A stretch of DNA of 64,000 bases, taken from positions 8,308,001 to 8,372,000 of the forward strand of contig CM007989.1 of the NCBI GenBank assembly GCA_002189035.1, in the 5' to 3' direction. Each line of letters begins with the position of its first letter. Positions within the stretch are counted from its first letter, which is position 1. The position numbers were made by a program, and so were the translations under genes. This DNA is from Utricularia gibba (taxonomy: Eukaryota; Plantae; Magnoliophyta). A model generated the notes under the pieces. It did not search any database and was not told the DNA's origin. It saw only the letters and a list, made by a program, of their open reading frames with translations. Below, piece by piece: positions 37,552-56,521 of this stretch.

Positions 37552-38205
37552 AAGACTAGCAGTATATCCCTGGTAATACCTTGATAATCTCCACCTACAG
37601 TTTTGCCATGTAGAAAATGCTATCTCGCACGCAGTGTTTCCAATTTATTGAGAACTTGTTTCATCATGGCGTTTAGATCATCAGCACATTTTACTCAATA
37701 TTTTGTACGGTCAAAGTTCACTTCACCCTGCCGTTGGTCATTAATCAACAATTGAGAACAATATAAGCTGGCAATTGTATTAGAATTCCATTTACACTTG
37801 AAAACAGAGAGGCGTCTTATTATAAAGACAACAATGGCAACAAGCAGCTGGGGTGCAGTATTCTAAGTTAGTACATAAATTATCTTCAAGTTCTGCAGCA
37901 CTAATAAAACAAACAATTTCAAGAGCCTACAGCCATCAGCCAGCCAGTAGTTAGCTGCTGTCAATAAATATACTTGTACTCAGATTGATTCTGATTCTTT
38001 GTGAATAACCTGCTGTTTCTGCTCACCATAGCTGTTTCCTTATACAGCTTCTGGATATTAAATTAGTTCAGGTGCACCATGGATGAAGTCAGAAAAAATT
38101 ATGAACAAAGAATGAGGACAATAGCCTTCCCCAGATGCTTGTCATGAACTCAATCTTAGGTGCAGACAGTTAAAAGTGCCATCATTTGAGGAGATCTTGT
38201 TCTAG

Positions 38206-40709
38206 CTAGGATTTGAAGAGGGATTGAACTGGTTGTGGCGAACTCAAGGTTGAAACCTCCTTGAACTGTTGGAAAAAGAAAAGTGTTTTAATGAGAAGAA
38301 TTCAGATCCAAAGGGGGTGCCAGAAGTGATAAAAGAATGAGAATAAGGCTCTACCTTGGGCTGCTTGTACTTATCACGAATAGCATGAAGGGTGCATTTC
38401 TTGATGTTCAGCTGTAGATCGTGCAATTCAAGAACCATTCCTTGTAGTTCTTTGGTGCTGTATCTTGTATAATACTCCAGCGTGGAGTTCTGCAAAAAAC
38501 GAGGAATCATTTGCAAGTGCGCCAGAAAAAATCTTAAAGTGTGGTCACAAGTGATTTAGCATCAAACTTGTACAAACGGAGACGAATTTGGAAGCACAAC
38601 TAGGGACTGAAGCTAGCTGGGCTGCTTCATAAAAATTCGATTCATTTTGTATCAGGTTGAAGCTGATCTAATTGCCATCTAATGCATGAAGATGAGAAAA
38701 CGGACCCATGGATGGTCTGACTGATCTAATGTCCATCTGGCTAGAAATATAGCAGACGCAGCAACTAAAGATGGAAGAAACTTGAGGAAACTGTACTCAG
38801 GTAGTGTTAGTTCTGTTAAATAATTTGCCAAGAATTCCAACTCCACACAAGGAACCTGAATAAAAGTGCAATTAGTTCGCAAGGTGAGAGGATTTCATCA
38901 TGAAACTGATAGTGATACTACTAAATCTACCTCATAGGAGGCTTGTGCAGCTTGGATGAACCTCCTAGGTACATCAATGATATTGATAAAGATTAGGAGA
39001 CAAAAAACAATTTATTGATTAAAATCAGATATCCCGGAGCGTAGTTACCTAAGGAACTTTATGGTGGTTGGAACAGATAACTGAAATCGTACAAAGTTGA
39101 GAACTTGTCTCTCCATGTTCACAACCTGCCCAGTCAACATCAAGAATCTGTTGCTTTGATCTACTAAATAGCTGCAACATTCATTTGTAAATGTCTGGAC
39201 TCACCTCTTCTTTCGTGTAGGTGCTATCCGTGATAAAGCAGAACTCTTCAACTCGAGGTGCACATATCTCTTCATACTTCCTTTTCAGACCAAAAACAAG
39301 GTGAAATATAAGAATAATTTGGTGATCCTATGCTTTACACAAAAAACGAGGGAAATTAGATACGGTAAAGTGCTGTGTATAGTAAGCCTACGAAGAGATG
39401 AACATGCAGGTTACACCAAGAAGTTGCAACTTTTGCCTCTGCATATAATTCTTTGACAAGTATCTATCTATAAGATTCACAGTAAGGTAGAGTGTATCGG
39501 GAACCAGCCTATACTCCTCAGAGACCTGAAAAAATGTGTGTGTACATGAAACCTTGTGCAAAGGAAGAAGAGAGTTCGAAGGGACAGAAACCATAAGACA
39601 GTTATACACTCAAAGGAACTTGGAATTTCCAACTGTTGAATGATAAGCATACCTCAACTAGCCAATCAACCAGAATACCCCGCATGCTCTCAGTGATGTC
39701 TCCCTGCAACTCCTCCATGTAATCACTTAAGGGCCTCAGATCAACCTATAAAAACATCGTTTGTCAGAGGCAAAATGATAGGTAAATATTGTATCAAAAA
39801 GGATAGTTTATTTCTAGTCTCCACCTACCACTACGGCTGCAAAATGTCCAAAATATTCAGAATATGGAGAAACACACCTCTTTAGCGAATATATTGCTAT
39901 ACATTTCAGGTGCATTCTGACCACAGATCTCCGGATACTTGCTTTTTTTATCTATATCAATAATGCCTCTATCTTCTAAATTCTCCAGCATCATCCAGAG
40001 ATTACAATGTTCTAAATCACAGGTGAAACAATGGAATTAGATACGTGCCATTTCTTTCTTGATGATCACACTTCATTCAAGGGAAAAGTAGTTTTCAGAG
40101 AAACATCTTTACTAGCATATGGGTAACCAGGGATGACAGATGTCATAGGAATCCTTAGGGAAATCGATTCGACATCGTGCGTGGAGTTGGCTGTAGAACC
40201 AACTTCCAGTGATTCCTCTTCGGACACTTTTATTTCTTCTAGTTCCTTTTTCCTTCTAGGTCCTGGAACATCCGCAGCCTTGGAAAATCGAAAGCAAGCA
40301 GGCCTTCCGTTCTTCTGTAAGGAGCCTCTGACAACCTGCTTCGGAAGCTTGAACAAGCCGCATCCATGTTCAGTAAATATAAAAAAAAAAAAGCAGAAAG
40401 AAACAGCACATTTACCACTACCGGTATCTTGGCCACACTCCTGAGGTTGATGGACTGTTTGCTACAAGTAACATTTGTCAGGTCCTTTAGAACAGCCCTT
40501 TTCTTATGCCTACCATGATCATCAGCTGAATTCGCAGCTGCCCTTTTGGAGTCCCTTCGCAGGTTTTGTTTGTTATCATTCTTTGACGGATACAACGGGG
40601 GCAATCCACTTGATGAAGTTAATGCTTTTGCACGTGCTCGTGTTACTCGCATCACTGGCACACTAAAATTTGAGGGTCTATTTTCAAAACCCATAATATT
40701 TCCCTCCAT
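38206..40709 (-). CDS. CYCA2: Cyclin A2 (start codon approximate)
   Basis: VTRARAKAL; destruction box [11 protein letters not shown]; cyclin box [35 protein letters not shown]; [18 protein letters not shown]; [13 protein letters not shown]; end [11 protein letters not shown]. Confidence 0.92.
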
Positions 40710-42102
40710 GTTCGAGTAGATTCGCTGAAGCATTAGCATGCCATCACAAGCTAGAACTCTCCTTTGAAAACTGCATTTACATACAAATGGATGTGTTTAA
40801 CATGAAGGGTAGTAGTATCTCAATCCAAAGATGTCCATAATATCAAATACGAAGATTTATTGAACTCGAATCAACAATCACACACAACATGAGCTAAATG
40901 TCAGTCATGATGAAGAGCAGAAGAAAAACACTTTACAACGGAACAAATGAATCCCCAAGCTCCACCTAAGCTTTAATCAAAAGCGTACTCCTTTTTCCAT
41001 ATCCATTGTTTCAAATCACATCATCCCAGTAACTTCAAACCAATAACTGATCTCAGTATGCGCGTTACCATGTCATATAATGAAACACACAAATTTCAAA
41101 TTCATCCACAGATCTTTGATTCAAAAACCGAGCTTTCAAATGGGAGCTCAAAGCTCCACATTAACCAAAATGAGAGTACCAAGCAACAACTCCAAATACA
41201 AAACAGCTCCACATTGAACAAAGAGCGAAAAAAGTAGTAGAAAATAGCACATTTCAGATAAGAAAAAACAACCCAGAAAGGAAAAAAAAATATAGAAACA
41301 GAACAGCTGACCTCACAACTTCGCAGCGAACTCCGCCACCGGCCCCTACGTCCTCGATACACAGAGATCCTTTTTCATCGGAGAAACTACATACATTGCA
41401 GGTACAAATTCGACTCAGAATTCTGAAACTGAATTCACCGTTGTCTGAAGGCAAGGCGCGAGGAGCGTGAGGGCGGGCTGATAGCACAGTTCAAAAGCTT
41501 CCAATCAGATGCATAAAAACAACAAAAATAAATATGCTCTTCTCCACTCCCCATTTTTGCCACCGCCAGAACACGTTCCGCCTTCAACTAATTTTTTAAA
41601 TTTTCTTATCCAAAATATATATTGATATTATTTTTCATAATAATATTTTGAAATAGAAGGATATTCTCATTATAAAAAAAGAAATAAGAAATTATTATTA
41701 TTCTTTAAAATATTAGGAATAAAAAATACTAATTTATTTTGACAAAGAAAACATTTTTTTTTCTTCATGATTGGCATGGGATGGGTGAAGTTAAAAAGGC
41801 AGCGCAACATGAGAAGAACTGCAGCAGGGAAGACGCCAAGACCGTCCGTCGGGGAGTGGGGACGGAGTCTTGAGCTTGAGCCGGCGTCATCTCAGATCAC
41901 CATGTGAGAAGAGAGCTGTGTTGCAGTAAGAAACGATTTGAAATTATTGAGGGTACAGTAAATGATACCCATGTGGCTGAAGACCTTCTGAACAGTAAAA
42001 ACTATTAACCCAGAGGGGTGAGTGAGAGAGTGCTGTGGAATCCATAAATACGCTCCCGCATCATGAGCAAACACCACAAACCCATTTGAAAAAAACGCGT
42101 AA

Positions 42103-43703
42103 ATGAAGGGTTTCGCAGTGTTCTTGCTGCTCCTGTTTCTGGGCATCCAGCATTCTGCCTGTGCTGTTTTCAGAGATGGTAAGAACAACAAAGTTGAGAT
42201 TTTTGGTCACTGGGTTCGCATTTTTCCTTGTTTCTGGTCCTCTTTTTAAGATTTGGTCGAACTGGACACCGATTTGAGGTTCTCATTGCTTCACTGCATA
42301 CGCTGAGACGTTGGATCTTGCTAGCAAAATGCCTCTGTTTGTGAATTTTTTCCCTTTTCAGTCATCTTCTTTTGTTTCTGCTGAAGCCGATCCCGAATGA
42401 AACCCACATGACCTCCAGAAGTAAAAGCATTCACATGTTTTAACTCCAGTCGCCTACTGATTGGTTCTCATGCTCCAATCCTGATTGCACTTTGTTTGCG
42501 TTTGTCGAGTAAACTTTGGACCTGATCGTGTTGATAGCCTGAGCCATGTACTTGGATCTGATTCGCTTACTGAACCTTAGTTCATCTCCTAACTGCTGCT
42601 ACTTCAAACAATCTGCAGGACTGCTGGAAAATGGCAACTTCGAGATGGCTCCGGATCCCATAAGCCTCAATGGGACAATCGTCAAGAGCCGTTTCGCTAT
42701 CCCGAAGTGGGAAATCTCTGGTTTTGTTGAGTACATCAAAGCTGGTCAGAAGCAAGGTGACATGGTCCTAGTTGTGCCGGAGGGTGCTGCTGCGGTTAGG
42801 CTGGGGAACGAGGCCTCCATCAAACAAAAGATAAGTGTGACCAAAGGGATGTACTATTCCATCACATTTAGCGCTGCAAGAACTTGCGCACAACAGGAGA
42901 GGGTAAATGTCTCTGCGGCATCTGATTCTGGAGTCCTCCCTATCCAAACCTTGTATAGCAGCAATGGATGGGACTCGTATGCCTGGGCATTTAGATCGCC
43001 TTATGACGTCGCTGAAATTCTAATTCACAATCCGGGAGTTGCAGAAGATCCTGCCTGCGGCCCTCTCATTGATTCTATTGCGATCCGCGCTCTGTATCCT
43101 CCCAGACCAACAAACCGTGAGTGCCTACCGATATTGTAGCCTTTACTTCAGTGAGTGCTGACTTCAACTTTTGCAGGAAACGTTCTGAAAAATGGAGACT
43201 TTGAGGAAGGACCATACATCTTTCCAAACACGAGCTGGGGAGTTCTTGTCCCTCCCAACATCGAAGACGACAACTCCCCACTTCCAGCATGGATTGTCGA
43301 GTCTCTGAAAGCTGTAAAATACATCGATGCGGCGCATTTCTCTATACCACAGGGCCAACGTGCAATCGAGCTTGTAGGAGGAAGGGAAAGTGCCATCGTG
43401 CAAGTGGCAAGAACCATTGTGGGAAAAACTTACCAGCTCACCTTTGCTGTTGGAGATGCCAGCAATTCATGCGAAGGGTCTATGATCGTTGAGGCCTTTG
43501 CTGGAAGAGCGACGGCTAAAATTCCCTATCAATCTGGAGGCAAAGGCGGATACAAGAGGGCCGTTCTTCGATTCGTGGCCTCAACTGCTAGAACCCGAAT
43601 CATGTTTCTGAGCACATATTATCACACCAGGAGCGATGACTTCGCCTCCCTCTGTGGCCCTGTCATCGACGACGTGAAGCTGCTGAGTGCTCGTTATGCG
43701 TAA
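42103..43703 (+). CDS. DUF642 cell-wall protein (BIIDXI/DGR2-like), 3 exons
   Basis: Signal peptide exon MKGFAVFLLLLFLGIQHSACAVFRD; GLLENGNFE; VPEGAAAVRLGNEASIKQ; EDPACGPLIDSIAI; NVLKNGDFEEGP; RAIELVGGRESAIVQ; SLCGPVIDDVKL. Confidence 0.95.
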
Positions 43704-43989
43704 TGACAGCTGCTTTGAAGCAACTAGAACGGCAACCTGGAAATGATGCAGCCTTTGCCTCTATCGCATTGAGGCTTCGTCACTGTAACATGTTTTAAAA
43801 CATGGGTTCATCCGAAGTATTTCGATCCTGAGTTGGTAATAACATCCCAGTACAGTCGTATCAGCGTAATAGAACTGAACCAGATTCTTAAAATGATCAA
43901 CCTGTATACGAACATAGTGATGATGAAAGAACTTATGGAGAAGACAACGTCCACTTGTTCTGACGACATGAGAAATTTTCCATCTGCAT

Positions 43990-44844
43990 TCAAGCCAGCC
44001 ATTCCCCACCCATTTCTTCGATTTCTTTAATCTCCAGCCTGCAGTTTTAGACATCAAACCAGTAATACATTATTGAGCTCACATATAATTTATTCCAGGG
44101 TAAAAACTCTGATCTTTCTAACAAAGTGCAGGGTTACCATGGGAGAGAAGAATCGTAAGTATAAGCAAGATGAGACGCATTTTGCAAGCAGGTTTCGTTT
44201 TGATTGATCCATGGGGGAAATTCCATGATTGGATCAAACGTGGGATCTTCTTCTTCTGCTTGATCTTGGCGATCATCAAACATGGGATTTAAGAATTTGA
44301 AGCACCACTCTGTTTTCAAAGAATCAATTGATTTTATCTCCTTTTCATCCGCTGCATGACTAGAGCTTGAATCTGTGATCTGGGTTTCCTCCGCCGTCAC
44401 CAGATTTGATTGGGAAGCTTGTGTATTCGACAACTTGAAGCTCTCGAGGTTCAAACTGAGGCCCAGAGGTTGACTGGGGAGTACGAAATTGGAGGTCTCC
44501 TGGATCAATGCAGCAGGTTATCTGTAATTTGGTGAGGATTCGATGAAACTGGTATGAGAAAGTTGATGTAACGGCGCTGCCGTCACCTTCCGACGTTGCC
44601 TTGAAACCCGGTGAAACTTGAGGGCTGCAACGATTTCCCTTCTCGCCTCTGCCATATTCATCAGCCGCTCCGGAATGGTTGTCTGAATCCTTCTTCTATC
44701 ACGCTTCTTCTTGTGATGCAACAATTTCTCCGAAATTTGATCGGAAAACTCATCCTTTCTCTTGGAGGATGATCCCTGTTGCTCGACAAGTGTTCGAATG
44801 TCGGCGCCAGAGAAACGGGATTCGTTTATGTGTTCCCGCTTCAT
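43990..44844 (-). pseudogene. Conserved plant protein (At5g21280-like) interrupted by an in-frame TAA; nonsense allele, pseudogene or intronised segment
   Basis: ERLMNMAEARREIVAALKFHR, TAA at 44518-44520, then the same frame continues NFVLPSQPLGLSLN...FDPIMEFPPWIN...LPW|intron|LEIKEIEEMGGEWLA* (family C-terminus MDIGEIEGMDGEWLA). Confidence 0.7.
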
Positions 44845-45361
44845 GTTCCTGCGAAGTGGAGGAGATGAAGAGCTTCAGAAAGCTGGAGCCGGTAGTGGCG
44901 GAGGATGACAACGGTCCAGTGGGGAAGATGGCGGTGGCGCCTGATACGAATAAACAGAGCGCAGAGTAAAAGATGGCTGAATCTTCCAAAGTTGTAGCCT
45001 TTCCTTTTTTTAAATTGTTGCCTCTTTTTGTAAATCACAAGGGCATTTCAGTGCGTGCCTCCTCTTTGTCAAAGGAGAAGTTCATCGTCTTCATCCCCCA
45101 GTTTGCTGCGGTGATTGGACACTAGTGCTTAAAATACATGTTCCAAGATATCTCCGTTCAACAACAGTTTCCAAGGCCGGGCGGCAGCCGGAAAGTGTCA
45201 GTAGTCTTGTCTGGTAAAAAAAAGTTCAAAAAGAATTGTAAAAGTCGGGAAGTTTACCCACCGTACAAAGTCAGTGTCTTTATTTAAGAGGTTAAAAAGA
45301 AGAAAATGAAAATCCCATCTTGATTTCCACTGGTCCGATCTACTCCGTGGGGTGGACACTT

Positions 45362-45430
45362 TCGCGAAGTAACGAACACGGATAACTTCAGATCGCGAAG
45401 TAACGAACACGGATAACTTCAGATCGCGAA
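45362..45430. repeat. Perfect 31-bp tandem duplication in the TM9SF leader/promoter
   Basis: tcgcgaagtaacgaacacggataacttcaga x2, followed by tcgcgaa. Confidence 0.9.
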
Positions 45431-45480
45431 ATCTGTTCTCTTTCTTGATCTCAAAGAAGGGTTTTTTCTCCATTGCACCA

Positions 45481-48456
45481 ATGTTAGAGTGGGCGATGGG
45501 ATCGAAGGCGATTTGTAACGTTTTCTTGTTCATCTGCATCAGCAATTTGCTGTTTTGGCAGACTTCGTACAGCTTCTACCTTCCTGGTGTTGCGCCAGAA
45601 GACTTCCAATCGGTGTGTTATAGTTCTTCTTGTCTATGATTTTCTTTCTTTATTGCGGTTTTAGTTGGATTTCTCCCTGATCATCATCTTTTGAAATGCT
45701 GCTTGCGTGTGCTGTTGATCTGGGTTCCTTTCATGTGATCGCTTGGTTCCTTATTGTAACAGATATGGTTAGTCGTATTAGATCGGGTTTCGCTGCAGAT
45801 CAAGCGTTTTCATTCTTTGTCGGTTATGTTACAAGTTTTGTTCTTGCAAGTCATTGGTCGATTTGTCATTTTGTCGATTGAACCGAAATCTTGAAACACG
45901 CTGGTCTTTGCTTCAAGTTTCATTTTTCTTTATTTTGCGTCTATCTTTGATCCCAAGTTGCGAGGCCTGTGAATATTCAATGAATGTCAGATCATGACTT
46001 AGGGATTATATCCTAAGAGGTGGCAAGAATCTGACTAGAATAGCATATTGTCAATTTTGAGAATTTATTTTGCATTGCCAAACGCAGGGTGAATTGCTGA
46101 ATGTGAAGGTGAATAAGTTGACTTCTGTGAAGACCCAACTACCGTATTCATACTATTCTCTTCCTTTTTGCCGCCCTGAAACTATAGTTGACAGCAGAGA
46201 AAACCTTGGTGAGGTCCTTCGTGGTGATCGCATTGAGAACTCTCCTTATGTGGTATGTACGCTGTACTTTGTGGTATGAATTTTGAACGTCATCTTGGTG
46301 AATGACTATTAAAGTTCAAATGCTTGTCCGTCAGTTCAAATTAAGGCAACCACAGCTGTGCAATGTTGTCTGCCGAACTACCCTTGATGCTAAAACTGCA
46401 AAGGAATTCAAAGAAAAGATCGAAGATGAATATCGTGTTAACATGTATGATTGGCATTCTCTTCAGCAAGAGATCCCTTTCTTACATATCCCTTTCTTAC
46501 ATATCCCTTTCTTACATATGATTAGGCTTTACTCTTCATGATTTTGGTGTCTTGTTTGCAGGATCCTCGATAATCTCCCCTTGGTTGTTCCTCTACGGAG
46601 ATCTGAACCAGAAGCCCCTCTTTACCAGTTGGGATTTCACGTGGGTTTGAAGGGGCAATACGCTAGTGTAAGCCCCTTGTTTGATTAGTTTCACTGATGG
46701 CCTTGTTTGTTTTGGAAAAATGGCTAAGCTCCTTGTGTTTTGCTTAGTTTTTACTATTTAATCTATAAATTGCATACTTTTTGAGGAAACCTGTGGTAGA
46801 CAATCTGCTAAAGAACCATATTTCCTGTTGCACTGACTGATATTGATAAAAAAACAGAGCAAGGATGAGACCTACTTTTTACATAACCACCTCAGCTTCA
46901 CCGTGAAGTTTCATAGAGATGAGTTGACTGATTCTGCGCGGATAGTGGGCTTTGAGGTCACGCCTTTCAGGTTGATTCTTCTTGACAACAATTTATTGAA
47001 ACAGTGTTTGCTCTCAAGCTTGGTATTCAGTTTCTTATCTGCTCACAATTTTTGTTCGTTTTATGAATTAGTGTCAAGCATGAGTATGATGGGCAGTGGA
47101 ATAATGATAACACTCGTCTAACCACTTGTGATCCCCATGCCAAGCAAACAGTTTCTTCCTCAAACTCTCCTCTGGAGGTTGGAGATCAGCAGGAAGTCAT
47201 CTTTACCTATGATGTCAATTTCCAGGTAATTTCAACTGTCAGATTTTTTTCCCTTGAGATTTTTTTTTTGTTTGGGTTATTGGAGCCTGGAATTGCAGGA
47301 GAGCGATGTGAAATGGGCTTCCAGATGGGACCATTATCTTCTGATGACAGATAACCAAATCCACTGGTTTTCTATTGTGAATTCACTGATGATCGTCCTC
47401 TTCCTTTCTGGGATGGTTGCAATGATAATGCTGCGGACACTTTATCGGGACATCTCTAAGTACAATGAACTTGAGACTCAGGAAGAAGCTCAAGAAGAGA
47501 CTGGCTGGAAACTGGTTCATGCAGATGTATTCCGGACCCCAGTCAACTCTGATTTGCTGTGCGTCTTCGTTGGAACTGGAGTTCAGTTCTTCGCCATGGT
47601 CCTTGTCACCATGTTCTTTGCCGTCCTTGGATTTCTCTCCCCCGCAAACAGAGGTGGCCTTATGACAGCTATGCTATTTCTCTGGGTTTTCATGGGACTG
47701 CTGGCTGGCTATGCGTCTTCCCGGCTGTATAAAATGTTCAAGGGGACGGAGTGGAAGAGCATAGCCCTCCGCACTTCCTTTGTCTTCCCCGGTACAGTTT
47801 TTGCAGTCTTCTTTGTGCTCAACGCCCTCATCTGGGGCCAGAAGTCCTCTGGAGCAGTCCCGTTTGGTACCATGCTTGCTCTGGTTGCCCTGTGGTTCGG
47901 GATCTCCCTCCCTCTTGTTTTCGCGGGCAGTTTTGTGGGTTTCAGAAAGCCGGCAATTGAACCTCCCGTGAAGACGAACAAGATTCCCCGGCAGATCCCG
48001 GAGCAGCCGTGGTACATGAACCACCTCTTCCTGATCTTGATCGGAGGCATTCTCCCGTTCGGAGCAGTTTTCATCGAACTCTTCTTCATCTTGACATCCA
48101 TCTGGCTGAACCAGTTCTACTACATCTTCGGGTTCCTCTTCATCGTCTTCATCATCCTCCTCATCACCTGTGCCGAGATCACGATCGTCCTCTGCTATTT
48201 CCAACTATGCAGCGAGGATTACCTCTGGTGGTGGAGATCCTACCTCACATCCGGCTCCTCCGCACTCTATCTCTTCCTGTACGCCGCCTTCTACTTCTTC
48301 ACCAAGCTGGACATAACGAAGCCCGTCTCCGGCGTGCTCTACTTCGGGTACATGCTCATCGCCGCCTTCTCCTTCTTCGTCCTCACAGGGACCGTCGGCT
48401 TCTACTCTTGCTTCACCTTCACGAGGCTCATTTATGCTTCCGTTAAGATAGACTGA
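45481..48456 (+). CDS. Transmembrane 9 superfamily / endomembrane protein 70 (TMN7-10 type)
   Basis: [12 protein letters not shown]; [20 protein letters not shown]; [17 protein letters not shown]; SRWDHYLLM; [29 protein letters not shown]; EETGWKLVH; [12 protein letters not shown]; C-terminal Golgi signal IYASVKID*. Confidence 0.96.
46473..46517. repeat. 15-bp x3 tandem repeat in a TM9SF intron
   Basis: atccctttcttacat repeated three times perfectly. Confidence 0.9.
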
Positions 48457-48863
48457 GCAGCTCTGGAGAACAACAGCATTCTTTGGACCCCTTCAGCGCA
48501 CACACACCACCCCGCAGCTATTATGTACTTCAACTGATCAATGGTTCTTTTGTTTTTTGTTCCCATTATTTCATATCATCGTCACCAATGTCTTCGGAAT
48601 CCTTTGAACCGTATCGGAACCCCGAAGTATTCTGCTCCGGCGACTACTGCGAGGTCCCAACTCCCACGGGTGATGAAACTGACAGACAGTTTCAAAAATT
48701 CAGTACGTGGACTCTTTAACCAGTGATTTTACAATTTGCAACGGTAATGGGCTTTTTATTATTCCAACGGCTAGTTTTTGCTCCCCTTCCCCTCTTTCAA
48801 ATACGCCTCCTCCCTTCCCTACTGCAGGGATCTCACCTTCCTGAAAATCATCGCCTCGCAAAA

Positions 48864-49477
48864 ATGGCAGGAGTTTTGAGAAGCTTAGCTTGTTGTGCGA
48901 TAGCTCTGTTGCTGCTGGTGGCTTCATCGGAATCCGTGGAGCTCCTAGTAGGCGGAAAGTCCAATGCCTGGATGATTCCAGCTTCCGAATCGGAGTCTCT
49001 CAATCGCTGGGCGGAGAAATCACGATTTCTCCTCGGAGATTCCTTGGGTATGAACACTAGTTTTTACCTCATGAGTTGATCGATTCCCTTTTTTTACTTG
49101 GTTGGTGGATCCAATCAGTTTGGGAGTACGACGGCGCAAAGGATTCAGTGCTTGAAGTGTCCAAACGAGACTACTTCGACTGCAATACGACAAGCCCGAT
49201 CCAAAGATACTCCGGCGGTAACAACACGGTGCTGCTGGAACACTCCGGTCCCTATTATTTCATCAGCGGCGAAGCTGGACATTGCCAGAAAGGCCAGAAG
49301 GTGATTGTAGTTGTCATGTCGGAGAGGTTTCGCCGTGATGTTGGAGTTTCCCTCGCGCCTTCCCCAGCTCAGAGTGAAGGTCCGGCTGCAGCGCCGTCTC
49401 CCGGAAGCGGAACTTCGACCTTAAGTCGTGGACTCTTCGGAGCCTTGGCGTTGGGTGCGGTGGCGTTCATCATTTGA
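48864..49477 (+). CDS. ENODL: Early nodulin-like phytocyanin (ENODL), probably GPI-anchored, 2 exons
   Basis: Signal peptide; VGGKSNAW; LNRWAEKSRFLLGDSL|VWEY; DSVLEV..YFDCN; SGPYYFISGEAGHCQKGQKVIVVVMS; AP/SP-rich linker and hydrophobic tail. Confidence 0.93.
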
Positions 49478-49569
49478 CGGAATTCGTTATTAATTCTTTG
49501 ACAAATACATTCGTCTGTTGTAACTTGCCGTTATGTGGACGTGAATCAGCTCGGACTCGGTAATATTTT

Positions 49570-50110
49570 ACTAAAAAGCCATCTGGAGCAGTCCTCGCCC
49601 CTGTTACGCTTACTGTGAACTTGACAGAGAAGGGACAAGTCTTCTTCTGTTTCCAGATTGATTCTACTGATTAGCTTGTTGCAGCGTAAAACCCTTAACT
49701 TTGATCTGCTTATGAAACGAGTCAAATGGGACAAGAATCTAGTGTGCTTAGAAGGCCTGTATGCAACTTTGTTTACTCCCACAAATGCTGCTCTTCATCT
49801 TCATGCTCCAAATTGGCCCATTTCCTAAACTTTTTTCCCCAGATGCTTTCGTTACTCTAAAGGTCATCATACCTTTGTTGTATTTTCAAGCTTCCCATAA
49901 CAGAGCAGCCACTCGCAGCTTCATAGACTATGAATCGATCAGCCAAGCAACGGATGGCACCAGGCACACTGTAAATGGCGGTCGTGATAGAAGTTCATGC
50001 TGATGATGCAGGTACGAGCACTCGATGGATCAGGCGAAGATAGAATGCTGCAACACTTGAAGAAAATGGGGCTGTGAAGTTGCCTGCCTCAAGGCTTTCT
50101 GTGTTGTGCC
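49570..50110 (+). pseudogene. Possible heavily decayed C1D/RRP47 (Sas10/Utp3/C1D) remnant
   Basis: HNRAATRSFIDY at 49896-49931 resembles the plant RRP47 motif LNRQAATRFIEH. There is a weak NAATLEE..VKL match downstream and no intact ORF. Position fits the recalled Arabidopsis order RRC1-(gene)-C1D-ENODL-TMN. Confidence 0.3.
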
Positions 50111-50864
50111 TTTTCCCACTGTACGCACATAGTTTGCTACATTTATGGGTGCCGTAGAAAAATAAAATTATATAATTAATAATTACAAGGAAACACATGA
50201 CCGCGAGTCGCGACGAAGGGAGAGATGGCCGATGGGCTGTAAATGATATGGTGGGCCGGGTAGTAACCGGGTCGGGTCATCTACTCCCTAGGTCAATAGA
50301 ACTGAGCCAATTTCTCCTCCCTTGTCATGCTGTCATCGGAGATCCGCGGACTTGCTGCAGTGCCGGCTTCTATTCCTCGTAATTTCTTTTCTCGCTCTAC
50401 GCATTTTTTGTAGTAGTCACCTGGGTTTTTTTAAGAACTCGTATGGCTGGATTTAGATCGTGGTTACGATGGAAAATTTGCACCACTGATTTTGTGTTTT
50501 TTTTTAATTGCGCCTTTCTCTTCTCAAAAACAAAACCACCTTACAGTCCTTATGACTGAAGAGTGCTGCAAGTTTGATTTTTTTTTTTTGTACTTTTTTG
50601 TTTCAGAACGAATGTTGCGGAGGACTTCAACACTGTGTTCCACGTTGGTTTTCGATATTATGGAACGCTTCATATTTGTTGTGTTGTTAAGAGTTTTTTT
50701 CCATCTTTTTTTTTTTATGTTCATACTTATTCGCTTGTATGTTTTTCTTGGACGAACAAAGTTACTATTCTACTTACTGGGGGATGATTATTCATTATTT
50801 ATTTTTCTTTAAGGAAGCGTATGTGTAAATGTTTGCTTTCTGTTAGTGCATTTAAATTAGTAAA

Positions 50865-56521
<5,657 letters not shown>

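Noticed and set aside
45362-45430. 31-bp direct repeats resembling a CRISPR array
   Set aside because: The copies are contiguous with no spacers, in eukaryotic DNA with no cas genes. It is a simple tandem duplication.
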